Both the position numbers and the translations under genes were made by a program. From Anaerolineales bacterium (GTDB lineage Bacteria; Chloroflexota; Anaerolineae; Anaerolineales; E44-bin32): DNA of 64,000 nt. Of the stretch, positions 27,055 to 35,572 are shown piece by piece. Below the pieces are notes generated by a model. The model searched no databases. It saw only the letters and a program-made list of their open reading frames with translations, and was not told the DNA's origin. The stretch spans positions 18,876-82,875 of the forward strand of contig JBFFQB010000001.1 in the NCBI GenBank assembly GCA_041573795.1, written 5' to 3'. The stretch's first letter is position 1. Every line of letters starts with the position of its first letter.

Positions 27055-27813
27055 ATGCAGCTAAGGCGTTCGAATGGTAACGGCCGAAAGGCAAGCTTAA
27101 AGGTAAGCGGTCGTAATAATGATAATGGGATTGTGGCGCAGAATGGCTCGCTCATCACTTTTGAGCAGGTCTCAAAACGCTACAACACATCGGCAGGAGA
27201 CTTCACCGCCCTCCAGAATGTGAATTTGTCCATCGATCGGGGCGAGTTCGTCTCAATTGTAGGCAAATCAGGAAGTGGAAAGACAACACTGATCAATGTC
27301 CTTACCGGTATTGATCAACCCAGCGAGGGCAAAATCATTGTTGATGGCACTCCAGTGCATCATCTGAAGGAAGGACAAAGGGCCGTATGGCGTGGGCGCA
27401 CAATGGGGATTGTGTTTCAGTTTTTCCAGCTGCTGCCCACCCTTACTGTACTTGAAAACGTCCGCATCCCAATGGATTTCAGCGGTCTTTATGAAAATGG
27501 TGCAAGGGATGAACGTGCTCACTACCTGCTCAGCCTGGTGGGGCTTCACGCTCAGGCACACGATCTTCCTGCGCAGCTCTCGGGTGGGCAACAGCAAGCC
27601 GTGGCTATCGCCCGAGCGCTAGCAAATGACCCGCCGATCATCGCGACGGATGAGCCTACAGGAAACCTCGATTCGGCTTCGGCTGGCAACGTGATCCGCT
27701 TATTTGATACGCTTGTGGAAGACGGGAAGACGATCCTCATGGTGACCCATGATGATGACCTGGCGAACAGGGCAACGCGCACGATCGCACTCGCAGATGG
27801 CAGAGTTATCTAA
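27055..27813 (+). CDS. ABC transporter ATP-binding protein (second, paralogous MacB-type NBD)
   Basis: [36 protein letters not shown]. Clear paralogue of 23869-24636. Confidence 0.9.
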   Translation: MQLRRSNGNGRKASLKVSGRNNDNGIVAQNGSLITFEQVSKRYNTSAGDFTALQNVNLSIDRGEFVSIVGKSGSGKTTLINVLTGIDQPSEGKIIVDGTPVHHLKEGQRAVWRGRTMGIVFQFFQLLPTLTVLENVRIPMDFSGLYENGARDERAHYLLSLVGLHAQAHDLPAQLSGGQQQAVAIARALANDPPIIATDEPTGNLDSASAGNVIRLFDTLVEDGKTILMVTHDDDLANRATRTIALADGRVI

Positions 27814-27845
27814 GAAACTATATTCCACTGGGCAAGGTAAGAAAA

Positions 27846-27877
27846 AAAACCCCTCCATACATTCAAGGAGGGGTTTT
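27846..27877. terminator. bidirectional rho-independent terminator
   Basis: AAAACCCCTCC-10 nt-GGAGGGGTTTT with an A-run upstream and a T-run downstream, between convergent genes. Confidence 0.8.
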
Positions 27878-27896
27878 AACTTTCGACAAGACGGGT

Positions 27897-28607
27897 CTAT
27901 TGCTCCCGCACCTGCCGGAAGTTCACCATCACGAAATTTTCATTACAATCGGTTGAAGTTGTGATGAATACTTGGTCTGAGAGCGGCTTTCCTGTACCGT
28001 CATCCAATTGAACCCATAAACTCTCTTCACTGGCAATAGGCTCAGTTGCGAGATTGAAGACATAACCGGAGGGACCGATGTCGGGTGCACTTCCGGTAAC
28101 ACTGTCAAGCGTGATCGCTTCCTCCGCCAGAGTGCCCTCGAGATGAACACCAAGATTAGAGATGGGCTGATTCTCTAAATTGAATACCTGTCCTCCCACT
28201 CCCATCCAATCACAACCATCATCATTGGCGATGTTTGGAAGGCGCACAGGATTCCCTGGTTGGAGTGCAAAGGGCGGTAGTGGCACAGGTGTGAGAGTAG
28301 GTTCTGGTGTTGGTGTGTCGGTTGGAACGACCGTGTCAGTGGGCGCTACAGTAAAGGTCGGCGCAGGTGTCCAGGTAGCGCCAAGCGCCACAGCTGGCGT
28401 GAAAGTCGCGGTCGGTGTGCCCAATCGAGCCGGGAGGGTTGCAGGTGGAAACGGATTAAAACTCACCTGAGGATTAAAGAAGATCAACGCGTAAACAGCA
28501 ACCACGCCTACGATGGCTGCTAAGACGACAAGTGTGAGTACATTGAGAATGACGCCACCAAGCCGGCTACGGCGTTTGCGCGGGACCCGCACGAATTGGT
28601 CATCCAT
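27897..28607 (-). CDS. hypothetical membrane-anchored extracytoplasmic protein with PT-rich linker
   Basis: 236 aa. Basic N-terminus, one TM (GGVILNVLTLVVLAAIVGVVAVYALIFF), P/T-rich linker, C-terminal globular domain with two Cys. AGGAGAGG RBS. Confidence 0.7.
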   Translation of the reverse strand: MDDQFVRVPRKRRSRLGGVILNVLTLVVLAAIVGVVAVYALIFFNPQVSFNPFPPATLPARLGTPTATFTPAVALGATWTPAPTFTVAPTDTVVPTDTPTPEPTLTPVPLPPFALQPGNPVRLPNIANDDGCDWMGVGGQVFNLENQPISNLGVHLEGTLAEEAITLDSVTGSAPDIGPSGYVFNLATEPIASEESLWVQLDDGTGKPLSDQVFITTSTDCNENFVMVNFRQVREQ

Positions 28608-28630
28608 GGTCTTCCTCTCCTGACTGGCCT

Positions 28631-29536
28631 TTATGCGTCGATGAAAGTTTGAACGACTTTCTCGCGTCGCTGCTCGATCAGCCAGTCCTGCACGGCTTTT
28701 TCCTGTAGAAAAAGGCGTGTTTCAAAATCAAGTTGATGTTCGCCGCGCTCCAGTATTTCGACAAGATGATATCCTAGTTCGCTCTGGATCACTTGGCTCA
28801 ATTCGCCCGGCTCCAAGGCAAAGGCGACTTGATCCACTTCCGGCCACAAGAGATATCCTTGCGGGAACCATCCTAAATCACCCCCAACCTGCCCCGTACT
28901 TGGGTCGACGGAGAAATCCTCCGCAAGTTCTACAAAATCCTCGCCAGCAACAATCTGTGCCCGCAAATTTTCGGCCTCTTCCTGTGTTGCCACAAGTATG
29001 TGCCGGGCATGCACCTGCTCTGTGCTGTTGGCAACAGATGCAGTAATACGGGCAACCATCTCGGCAGCGAGAATCTCTTCTTCAAGTGCTCGGCGAAATT
29101 CATCCATGCTGTAAAGGTTCACTAGCAGCCAGGTTTCAAATGCTTCTTGTGAGCCCAGGGAGCTCTGAATCGCAGCAATACGAGCTTCGATCTCTCCTGC
29201 AGGGATTCCGATCCCGGCCTCTTCGGCGCCTTGAGATAGCAATTGTAAATCGATCAGCGCCCACAAAATTTGTTCCCTATAGTCTGGAAGGGTTGCAAGA
29301 TCAATACCAGCGCTGAGCTGCTCTTGTTCGAATCGGATAATTTCGTTCTCGAAAGTCTCAAGTCTGATCCCGACGCCATTAACCTCGGCTGCAAGAGGTA
29401 CGGGCGTCGAAGTGGGAGGGGAAGGGGTGAAGGTCGGCCCAGGTGCTAGGCCGGCATCAACCAGCCCCGGGTAATTGCAGCTCGATAGGCCTAGGGCAAG
29501 GAATAGTGACAACAGCAGGGACCGGGATTTCAGCAT
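28631..29536 (-). CDS. parvulin-type peptidyl-prolyl cis-trans isomerase (SurA/PrsA-like lipoprotein)
   Basis: Lipobox-like LALGLSSC. Parvulin core HARHILV...GGDLGWFPQG...ELGYHLV. ATG 29536 was chosen because the track start at 29599 overlaps the RNase J stop. Confidence 0.85.
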   Translation of the reverse strand: MLKSRSLLLSLFLALGLSSCNYPGLVDAGLAPGPTFTPSPPTSTPVPLAAEVNGVGIRLETFENEIIRFEQEQLSAGIDLATLPDYREQILWALIDLQLLSQGAEEAGIGIPAGEIEARIAAIQSSLGSQEAFETWLLVNLYSMDEFRRALEEEILAAEMVARITASVANSTEQVHARHILVATQEEAENLRAQIVAGEDFVELAEDFSVDPSTGQVGGDLGWFPQGYLLWPEVDQVAFALEPGELSQVIQSELGYHLVEILERGEHQLDFETRLFLQEKAVQDWLIEQRREKVVQTFIDA

Positions 29537-29595
29537 GGCGGGCTGGATTATACCTTTGTTCTGGCGGCAGGAATTATGTCGAGGCAGGTGCGACA

Positions 29596-31245
29596 TCAAG
29601 CCCCATTATTGGTGGAGGTGAATACAAAAATCATCGGACGCCGACGGGTCTCGTTGTAAAAGAGCTTCGACAAGCCGGTTTCGATTCGCTTATCCACGTC
29701 TGCCATTGGACTTTCTTCGACAATTTGGCGCACTTGTTTATTGGCTTGCTCGATCAGCGTTTCAGAATCTCGCACGAACACGAATCCCTTGGTGATAATC
29801 TCGGGCTCTTCGATTAAGCGCGTCTTATCGCAGTCGAGCACAAGGTGCACAAGCACGAACCCGTCGCGAGCCAGCGCTTCCCGCTCACGCATTACACTTG
29901 GTCCGATATCCCCAACGCCGCTGCCATCAACAAAAACATAGCCTCCCGGGACACGCTCGGCCACTGACATGCTTCCATCGCTAAACTCAATCGGAGTGCC
30001 ATTCTCAACCACAGCAATGTTCTCATTGGGTATGCCGAGATCGCGAGCAAGTGCAGCATGCTGCCGTAAGTGACGCAATTCGCCATGAATCGGTATCAGG
30101 TGTTGTGGTTTCACCAACTGCATCATCAATTTCATCTCTTCTTGGCTAGCATGCCCAGATACATGCACAGGGGCAATTGAATCGTAGATGACCTCGGCAC
30201 CACGCTGGAACAGGCGATTGATTGTCCGATGGACCATCTCTTCGTTGCCCGGGATGGGCGTGGAGGAAAGTACAATTGTGTCCCCTGAAGAGATATCGAA
30301 TTGACGATTAGAACCTATCGAGAGGCGGCCCAGGATGGAGGAGGGTTCACCTTGTGTCCCGGTACACATCAGGACGACTTTAGCTGGTTTCATTTTAAGC
30401 GCTTGATCGAGATTAACGATCAAACCTTCAGGCACATCAAGATAACCGAGTTTGCGAGCCATCTTAGCGTTTTCGACCATGCTCGTGCCCACGAAAGCCA
30501 GTACCCGGCCATGGTGAGCGGTAGCATTGATCACCTGCTGCATACGCGAGATCAAGGAGGCGAAGGATCCTATTAAAATGCGGCCTTTTGACTGGCGGAA
30601 GACACGATCAAAGGCTGGGTCGATCACGGCTTCTGAAGGGGTCCATCCAGGCTCATCTGCATTGGTCGAATCGGCCATCAAAGCCAGTACCCCTCGTTCG
30701 CCAAAGTGGGCCAGTTTGCCAAAGTCGGTGGGCCAACCGTCGACGGGCGTGTGATCAAATTTGTAATCGCCAGAATGGACGATCAGTCCAGCTGGTGTCG
30801 TGATGCCCATACCGATGCCATCCGGGATCGAGTGGCATACATGGAATGTCTCGATGTCAAAGGGGCCAATCTGCAACTGATCTCCGGCTTTGATCGTATT
30901 GAGCTCAACCTCACCCAATTTTCCGCTTCTCTTCAACTTGACTTCGAGCAACCCGCGCGTGAGATTCGTGGCGTAAATGGGAGCCTGCACCATGTCGAGC
31001 ACATGGCGGATAGCACCGGTGTGATCTTCATGCCCGTGCGTGACGATGATGGCACGTATCTTTGACACTTTATCCTGGAGGTAGCGGAAATCGGGGATGA
31101 TGTAATCAACCCCTAACATGTCATTTTCTGGAAACATGATGCCGGTATCGATAATGAGGATATTCTCCCCGTACTCGATCGCCATCATGTTTTTGCCTAC
31201 TTCCCCCAAGCCTCCTAGGGGGACGATTCTTAACAACTTGCTCAT
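29596..31245 (-). CDS. rnj: ribonuclease J
   Basis: 549 aa. LRIVPLGGLGEVGKNMMAIEY, THGHEDHTGAI (MBL HxHxDH), beta-CASP and C-terminal domain. Confidence 0.93.
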   Translation of the reverse strand: MSKLLRIVPLGGLGEVGKNMMAIEYGENILIIDTGIMFPENDMLGVDYIIPDFRYLQDKVSKIRAIIVTHGHEDHTGAIRHVLDMVQAPIYATNLTRGLLEVKLKRSGKLGEVELNTIKAGDQLQIGPFDIETFHVCHSIPDGIGMGITTPAGLIVHSGDYKFDHTPVDGWPTDFGKLAHFGERGVLALMADSTNADEPGWTPSEAVIDPAFDRVFRQSKGRILIGSFASLISRMQQVINATAHHGRVLAFVGTSMVENAKMARKLGYLDVPEGLIVNLDQALKMKPAKVVLMCTGTQGEPSSILGRLSIGSNRQFDISSGDTIVLSSTPIPGNEEMVHRTINRLFQRGAEVIYDSIAPVHVSGHASQEEMKLMMQLVKPQHLIPIHGELRHLRQHAALARDLGIPNENIAVVENGTPIEFSDGSMSVAERVPGGYVFVDGSGVGDIGPSVMREREALARDGFVLVHLVLDCDKTRLIEEPEIITKGFVFVRDSETLIEQANKQVRQIVEESPMADVDKRIETGLSKLFYNETRRRPMIFVFTSTNNGA

Positions 31246-31304
31246 TTAGTACTTCCTTATCCGATTGAAATTCATGTGTTACACGAGGTAGTCTTGTAAT
31301 TAAT

Positions 31305-31337
31305 AAACCCCGTCTGGCGCTATGACCGGGCGGGGCC
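31305..31337 (-). terminator. candidate terminator of the cold-shock gene
   Basis: Minus strand reads GGCCCCGCCCGG-TCATAGCG-CCAGACGGGG followed by TTTATTAATT. Confidence 0.5.
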
Positions 31338-31370
31338 TTCATTCCAAACCTGTTTTTGGGTTTGCCTGCA

Positions 31371-31583
31371 TTAATTCAAGCGGGTGACGTCCGTTGCTTG
31401 CCAGCCGCGTATCGTGGTTTCCATAAAAAAAGCAACTTCTTCGCCAACATTTAGCAGCTGAAGCCCGCCCCCGGTTATATTGGAATAGTGCACAAAGACC
31501 TCTTCGCCATCTTGGGTCTGGATATAGCCGTAGCCCTTCGATCCGTCAAACCAGCGCACGATTCCTTTTGCCTTTTTTGCCAC
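31371..31583 (-). CDS. cold-shock protein (CspA family)
   Basis: VAKKAKGIVRWFDGSKGYGYIQTQDGEEVFVHYSNI... (RNP1/RNP2-like KGYGYI, VFVHYS). GTG 31583 with an AAGGAG RBS. The track start at 31610 adds a non-homologous extension. Confidence 0.88.
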   Translation of the reverse strand: MAKKAKGIVRWFDGSKGYGYIQTQDGEEVFVHYSNITGGGLQLLNVGEEVAFFMETTIRGWQATDVTRLN

Positions 31584-31608
31584 ACGTACTCCTTCTGAGA
31601 ACGGGTGC

Positions 31609-31638
31609 ATTCTATCACAAGCCTTAAACTACGGTCAA
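31609..31638 (-). promoter_or_regulatory. candidate promoter of the csp gene: TTGACC-18 nt-TAGAAT
   Basis: rc of 31633-31638 = TTGACC and rc of 31609-31614 = TAGAAT (preceded by TGxTAGAAT context). Confidence 0.45.
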
Positions 31639-31686
31639 TCTCATCCACCTCAACGATTGTCATTGATCCTGCGTGATCTCCTGCCA

Positions 31687-31716
31687 TTGACGCGGAAGCC
31701 TGCATCACCGTATACT
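31687..31716 (+). promoter_or_regulatory. candidate promoter TTGACG-18 nt-TATACT driving the riboswitch/btu operon
   Basis: Hexamers at 31687-31692 and 31711-31716, immediately upstream of the riboswitch. Confidence 0.45.
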
Positions 31717-31729
31717 CAGCCATACAACC

Positions 31730-31880
31730 GAGTAATTGCAGGGGTCGTTTCGAGCCCGGATGCTCAAACGATCAAGGGGAAGCCGGTGCCCATCCAGGAT
31801 GGAAGTCCGGTGCTGTCCCGCAACTGTAGGGGAGACAAGACCCTCCCGAGCCAGGATACCCGCCTCTGCAATTCACCTAA
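31730..31880 (+). promoter_or_regulatory. cobalamin (B12) riboswitch
   Basis: Conserved core strings GGGAAGCCGGTG (31776-31787), GCTGTCCCGCAACTGTA (31812-31828) and B12-box-like GAGCCAGGATACCCGCC (31848-31864), upstream of a BtuF-like gene. Boundaries are approximate. Confidence 0.85.
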
Positions 31881-31948
31881 ATCTCCTTCGTGGAAAGGAG
31901 GGTGTGCCGATGTGGAATTTTTTCTGAGGCCTTCCTTGGTATCGCGCA

Positions 31949-31984
31949 GGGAAGGCCTGATGCTTTCCCGAGTTTATTTTTTTT
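31949..31984 (+). terminator. riboswitch expression-platform terminator (competes with an upstream alternative hairpin)
   Basis: GGGAAGG-CCTGATG-CTTTCCC stem (31949-31969), then GAG and TTTATTTTTTTT. Its 5' arm is shared with the 3' arm of hairpin AGGCCTTCC...GGAAGGCCT (31927-31958). Confidence 0.55.
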
Positions 31985-32018
31985 CTTTCAACTCTATCGA
32001 TATTAGGAGAATTGAGCA

Positions 32019-33038
32019 ATGAATTACGAAGGTTATCGTACTAGAAAGAAAGGGCTGTTGATCCTGGCAGGAATAATACTCTTAATCCTGGGGATCTTAA
32101 GCGCAGGGTGCTCAACTGCTGCGGAGCCCTCCGAAGTTGTCGCTGTGCCGCAAGCCACACTCCCCGAACCGACAGATGCGGACGCTTCTTCCGACTCCTC
32201 GAGCGAAGCTTTGGTAGTGACCGATGGTTTGGGACGTTCCGTATCGTTTGATGCGGACCCACAAAGAATTATTTCCCTGGCCCCCTCGAATACGGAGATT
32301 TTGTTTGCTATCGGTGCAGACGGGCAAGTCGTAGGCAGGGATGCGTACTCGGATTTCCCTCCGGAGGCGATGGAAATAGCCAGCATTGGCGATACCTATG
32401 GAGATCTCAATACAGAAGCGATCATCGCATTGGAACCAGATTTAGTCCTGGTGGCGGCCATCACCCCCATCGAACAAATTGAAGCACTGACGGCTTTGGG
32501 TCTAAAGGTCTACATGGTGCCCAATCCGATGTCGTTTGATGACTTGTTCGAAAGTTTAGAAACGATCGGTCGGATCACGGGGCATGAATCACAAGCCGTG
32601 GCACTTGTAGCTGATTTAGCCGCACGCGTCACTGCTGTTGAATCAGCCGTTGGTGGTGCTGAACCTGTAAGAGTATTCTATGAAGTCGACGGGACCGATC
32701 CGACAGCTCCGTGGACAACAGGTGCGGGCACATTCCAGCAAGTCCTGATTGAGATGGTCAAGGGCGAGAACATTGCAGCTGACCTGGGCGGTTGGGGTTC
32801 GATGAATCTGGAGCAAATTGTAGAACGCGATCCAGAAGTGATCATCTTTGGTGAGGGCGCCTGGGTGCCGACGACGAGTGAGTCGCTTTCTGACAGATCT
32901 GGCTGGGAAGGTATCAGCGCAGTACTGAACGCCAGAGTATTCGGGGTTGACACAAACTGGATCGATAGACCTGGACCACGACTGGTGGATGCTTTGGAGC
33001 GCTTTGCAAAAGTAATCCAGCCGGATCGATTTGAGTAG
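32019..33038 (+). CDS. btuF: ABC transporter periplasmic-type substrate-binding protein, cobalamin/siderophore class (BtuF-like lipoprotein)
   Basis: 339 aa. Signal/lipobox LSAGCS. IISLAPSNTEILFAIG and EPDLVLV motifs of the class 8 PBP. Under the B12 riboswitch. Confidence 0.82.
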   Translation: MNYEGYRTRKKGLLILAGIILLILGILSAGCSTAAEPSEVVAVPQATLPEPTDADASSDSSSEALVVTDGLGRSVSFDADPQRIISLAPSNTEILFAIGADGQVVGRDAYSDFPPEAMEIASIGDTYGDLNTEAIIALEPDLVLVAAITPIEQIEALTALGLKVYMVPNPMSFDDLFESLETIGRITGHESQAVALVADLAARVTAVESAVGGAEPVRVFYEVDGTDPTAPWTTGAGTFQQVLIEMVKGENIAADLGGWGSMNLEQIVERDPEVIIFGEGAWVPTTSESLSDRSGWEGISAVLNARVFGVDTNWIDRPGPRLVDALERFAKVIQPDRFE

Positions 33039-33047
33039 CGGGGAAAA

Positions 33048-34103
33048 TTGCGGTCGGTAGGGGCAAGCTTGAAGAAAGATCGTAGCGCACGCTGGTCTTG
33101 GTCAGCAGCGCTTCTTGTGCTGTTGTCGATGGCCTTACTTAATATTGCGGTAGGACCGGTTTCACTGCCCTTCCGTGATGTGATGGCCTTGTTGTTGGGT
33201 AAGCTCACATCCATACCGGGTGAAGTCAACCCGACGTTTGCGATCATTCTCTACAGCATCCGGTTACCCAACATGGTGCTGATTGCACTTACCGGCATGG
33301 CGCTGGCTGGATCGGGTGCGGCATTCCAGGGGCTATTTCGCAACCCGCTTGCAGATCCGTATGTTATCGGCGTGGCCTCAGGGGCCGGTTTGGGTGCAGT
33401 ACTTGCGATGGCAGCAAGCTGGCCGGCCGATTTCCTGGGGATGGCGGTAGTACCGGCGGCCGCGTTTGTTGGTGCGATTCTAACCGTGCTTCTTGTCTAT
33501 AGCATCGCCCGGGTCGGTCGCTCAACGCCGGTTACTACGCTAATCCTGGCCGGGGTTGCCGTAAGTTCGTTCGCCACAGCGATGACAAGTTTGATCATGC
33601 TGTTATCGACTGAGGAGCTCCACCGCGCCGTTAATTGGATGGTTGGTGGCTTCTCCCTGGGAGGCTGGACGCCTGTTCTGGCTTCAATTCCTTATCTGGC
33701 TGTCGGGCTTTTCTTTTTGAGTTTGCTGGGCAGGCCGTTGAATGTATTGCAATTTGGCGACGATCAGGCTCGGCAATTAGGTTTGAACGTGGAGCGTCTG
33801 AAAATAACACTGGTGATCGCGGCGTCTATGGTCGCCGCAACGGCAGTTTCCTTTTCCGGCATCATCGCCTTTGTTGGTCTGGTGGTTCCGCATGTTGTAC
33901 GCTTGCTATGGGGGCCTGATTACCGACGCTTAATCCCGCTGGCAATTCTTATGGGGGGCGCCTTTTTGCTGGGCGCTGATGTTATCGCCCGGGTGGTGTT
34001 GGCTCCGCGTGCATTACCTGTGGGTTTGGTTACTGCCGCCGTCGGCGCCCCTTTCTTTTTGTACTTGCTGCACCGAGCGAAGGCGAACGTGGGGTTCTGG
34101 TGA
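33048..34103 (+). CDS. btuC: FecCD-family ABC permease (BtuC-like)
   Basis: About 350 aa, roughly 10 TM. RNPLADPYVIGVSSGA-like motif (RNPLADPYVIGVASGAG). Start uncertain (TTG 33048 or 33069). Confidence 0.85.
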   Translation: MRSVGASLKKDRSARWSWSAALLVLLSMALLNIAVGPVSLPFRDVMALLLGKLTSIPGEVNPTFAIILYSIRLPNMVLIALTGMALAGSGAAFQGLFRNPLADPYVIGVASGAGLGAVLAMAASWPADFLGMAVVPAAAFVGAILTVLLVYSIARVGRSTPVTTLILAGVAVSSFATAMTSLIMLLSTEELHRAVNWMVGGFSLGGWTPVLASIPYLAVGLFFLSLLGRPLNVLQFGDDQARQLGLNVERLKITLVIAASMVAATAVSFSGIIAFVGLVVPHVVRLLWGPDYRRLIPLAILMGGAFLLGADVIARVVLAPRALPVGLVTAAVGAPFFLYLLHRAKANVGFW

Positions 34104-34879
34104 CGATGATCCTTGATCTCCAAAACGTAGCTTGTGGATATTTTGACACGCCGGTACTGCGTGAGATTACGCTTCAAGTTCTTCCGGGAGAAATCGTTGC
34201 GGTAGTAGGGCCGAACGGAGTGGGAAAATCCACGCTAATTCGAGCAGCATCTGGAAGTTTGAAAGCATTAGAAGGACAGGTTTTGGTCGGTGAGCAAGAT
34301 TTGGCGAAGATTTCCGCGCCACAACGGGCCAAGCGTGTCTCTGTAGTATCGCAAGCGCTCAATCTGCCCGAAGCCTTCCTGGCGATGGATGTGGTTCTCA
34401 TGGGTAGAACACCTTACCTGAACTGGTTTGAGCGAGAGAACCAGCAAGATCGGGAGATCGCCCTGGCGGCGCTGGCGCGTACCGAGACTGAAGATCTGGC
34501 CGAGAGGCGGATCGGGGAACTGTCAGGAGGCGAGCAACAGCGGGTGCTTATCGCCCGAGCACTGGCACAAGCAACTCCGGTAATGTTGTTGGATGAACCG
34601 ACGGCTCACCTTGATTTGCGTCATCAAGAGCGATTACTTCGACTGATCCGCTCGCTTAGCAAGCAAGAGCAGCTTTCCGTGTTGGTAACGTTACATGACC
34701 TCAATCTTGTCGCCCGTCTGGCCGACAGGGTGGTATTACTTTCAAACGGAGGGATTCACAGCCAGGGAAGCCCTGAAACAGTTTTGAATCCGGATGCTTT
34801 AGCAGATGTGTACGGCATCCAAATTTATGTTATGGCTCACCCCATAAACGGGAATCCGCTGATACTCCCAGGTGAGTGA
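34100..34879 (+). CDS. btuD: ABC transporter ATP-binding protein (BtuD/FepC-like)
   Basis: GPNGVGKST, LSGGEQQRVLIARAL, MLLDEPTAHLD. Start overlaps the permease stop. Confidence 0.88.
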   Translation: MTMILDLQNVACGYFDTPVLREITLQVLPGEIVAVVGPNGVGKSTLIRAASGSLKALEGQVLVGEQDLAKISAPQRAKRVSVVSQALNLPEAFLAMDVVLMGRTPYLNWFERENQQDREIALAALARTETEDLAERRIGELSGGEQQRVLIARALAQATPVMLLDEPTAHLDLRHQERLLRLIRSLSKQEQLSVLVTLHDLNLVARLADRVVLLSNGGIHSQGSPETVLNPDALADVYGIQIYVMAHPINGNPLILPGE

Positions 34880-34900
34880 AAGTAGAATAAGAAGGGCGAA

Positions 34901-35533
34901 ATGCCGGGAATCATTGAAGCAAGAGCGTGGTATCGCCATGACGACCCTGTTCACGGGTTCGATCATGTGCTGAGAGTGCTTCGCACCGCGGAGCGAATTG
35001 GGAAACAGCTTGGTGCAGACCTCGAAATACTGCGCGCAGCAGCCCTGTTGCATGATGCTGCTGGTGCAAACCCTGGCGAGGCTGGCAATCGTGGTGAACA
35101 TGAGCAAGTCTCGGCAGCGTTCGCACGAAAAATCCTGACGGAAAAAGGTTGGCATCAGGAGGCCATTGAAGCCGTAGTTCACTGTGTCAAAGCGCACCGA
35201 TTCCGCAAGCAGCAACCACCTCAAACCCTGGAAGCGAAGATCTTGTTCGACGCTGACAAACTCGATGTTCTTGGCGCCTTTGGTATTGCCCGGACCATCG
35301 GTTACGCGCTTCAAGCCGGTCAACCGATCTATGCCAAGCCATCAAAGAAGTTCTTGGCAACTGGCATACGGGAAGCGGATGAGCCTCACAGTGCCTACCA
35401 CGAGTATCTCTATAAATTACAGCATGTAAAAGACCGTCTATATACCGATTTGGCCAGGGAACTTGCCCAAAGCCGTCACGAACTGCTTTGTACTTTCTTT
35501 GACCAAATGGCCAAGGATGCGGGCGAAAAGTGA
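34901..35533 (+). CDS. HD-domain phosphohydrolase
   Basis: 210 aa. HGFDHVLRV...AALLHDAAG (H...HD) and KAHR motifs. Confidence 0.8.
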   Translation: MPGIIEARAWYRHDDPVHGFDHVLRVLRTAERIGKQLGADLEILRAAALLHDAAGANPGEAGNRGEHEQVSAAFARKILTEKGWHQEAIEAVVHCVKAHRFRKQQPPQTLEAKILFDADKLDVLGAFGIARTIGYALQAGQPIYAKPSKKFLATGIREADEPHSAYHEYLYKLQHVKDRLYTDLARELAQSRHELLCTFFDQMAKDAGEK

Positions 35534-35572
35534 ACCCAAAAGGAATTGCTCGAGCGCCTCGCTCGGGCTAAG

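Noticed and set aside
28180-28470. 96-aa plus-strand ORF with GVGV/GSG repeats
   Set aside because: It is the reverse-complement reading of the Pro/Thr-rich linker of the minus-strand gene.
31657-32022. 121-aa plus-strand ORF (and 63-aa ORF 31736-31927) upstream of the BtuF-like gene
   Set aside because: The region contains the conserved cobalamin riboswitch core and its expression platform. The ORFs lack an RBS and have non-coding-like composition.
32678-33247. 189-aa minus-strand ORF spanning the btuF/btuC junction
   Set aside because: It is antisense to two well-supported transporter genes and has no motifs.
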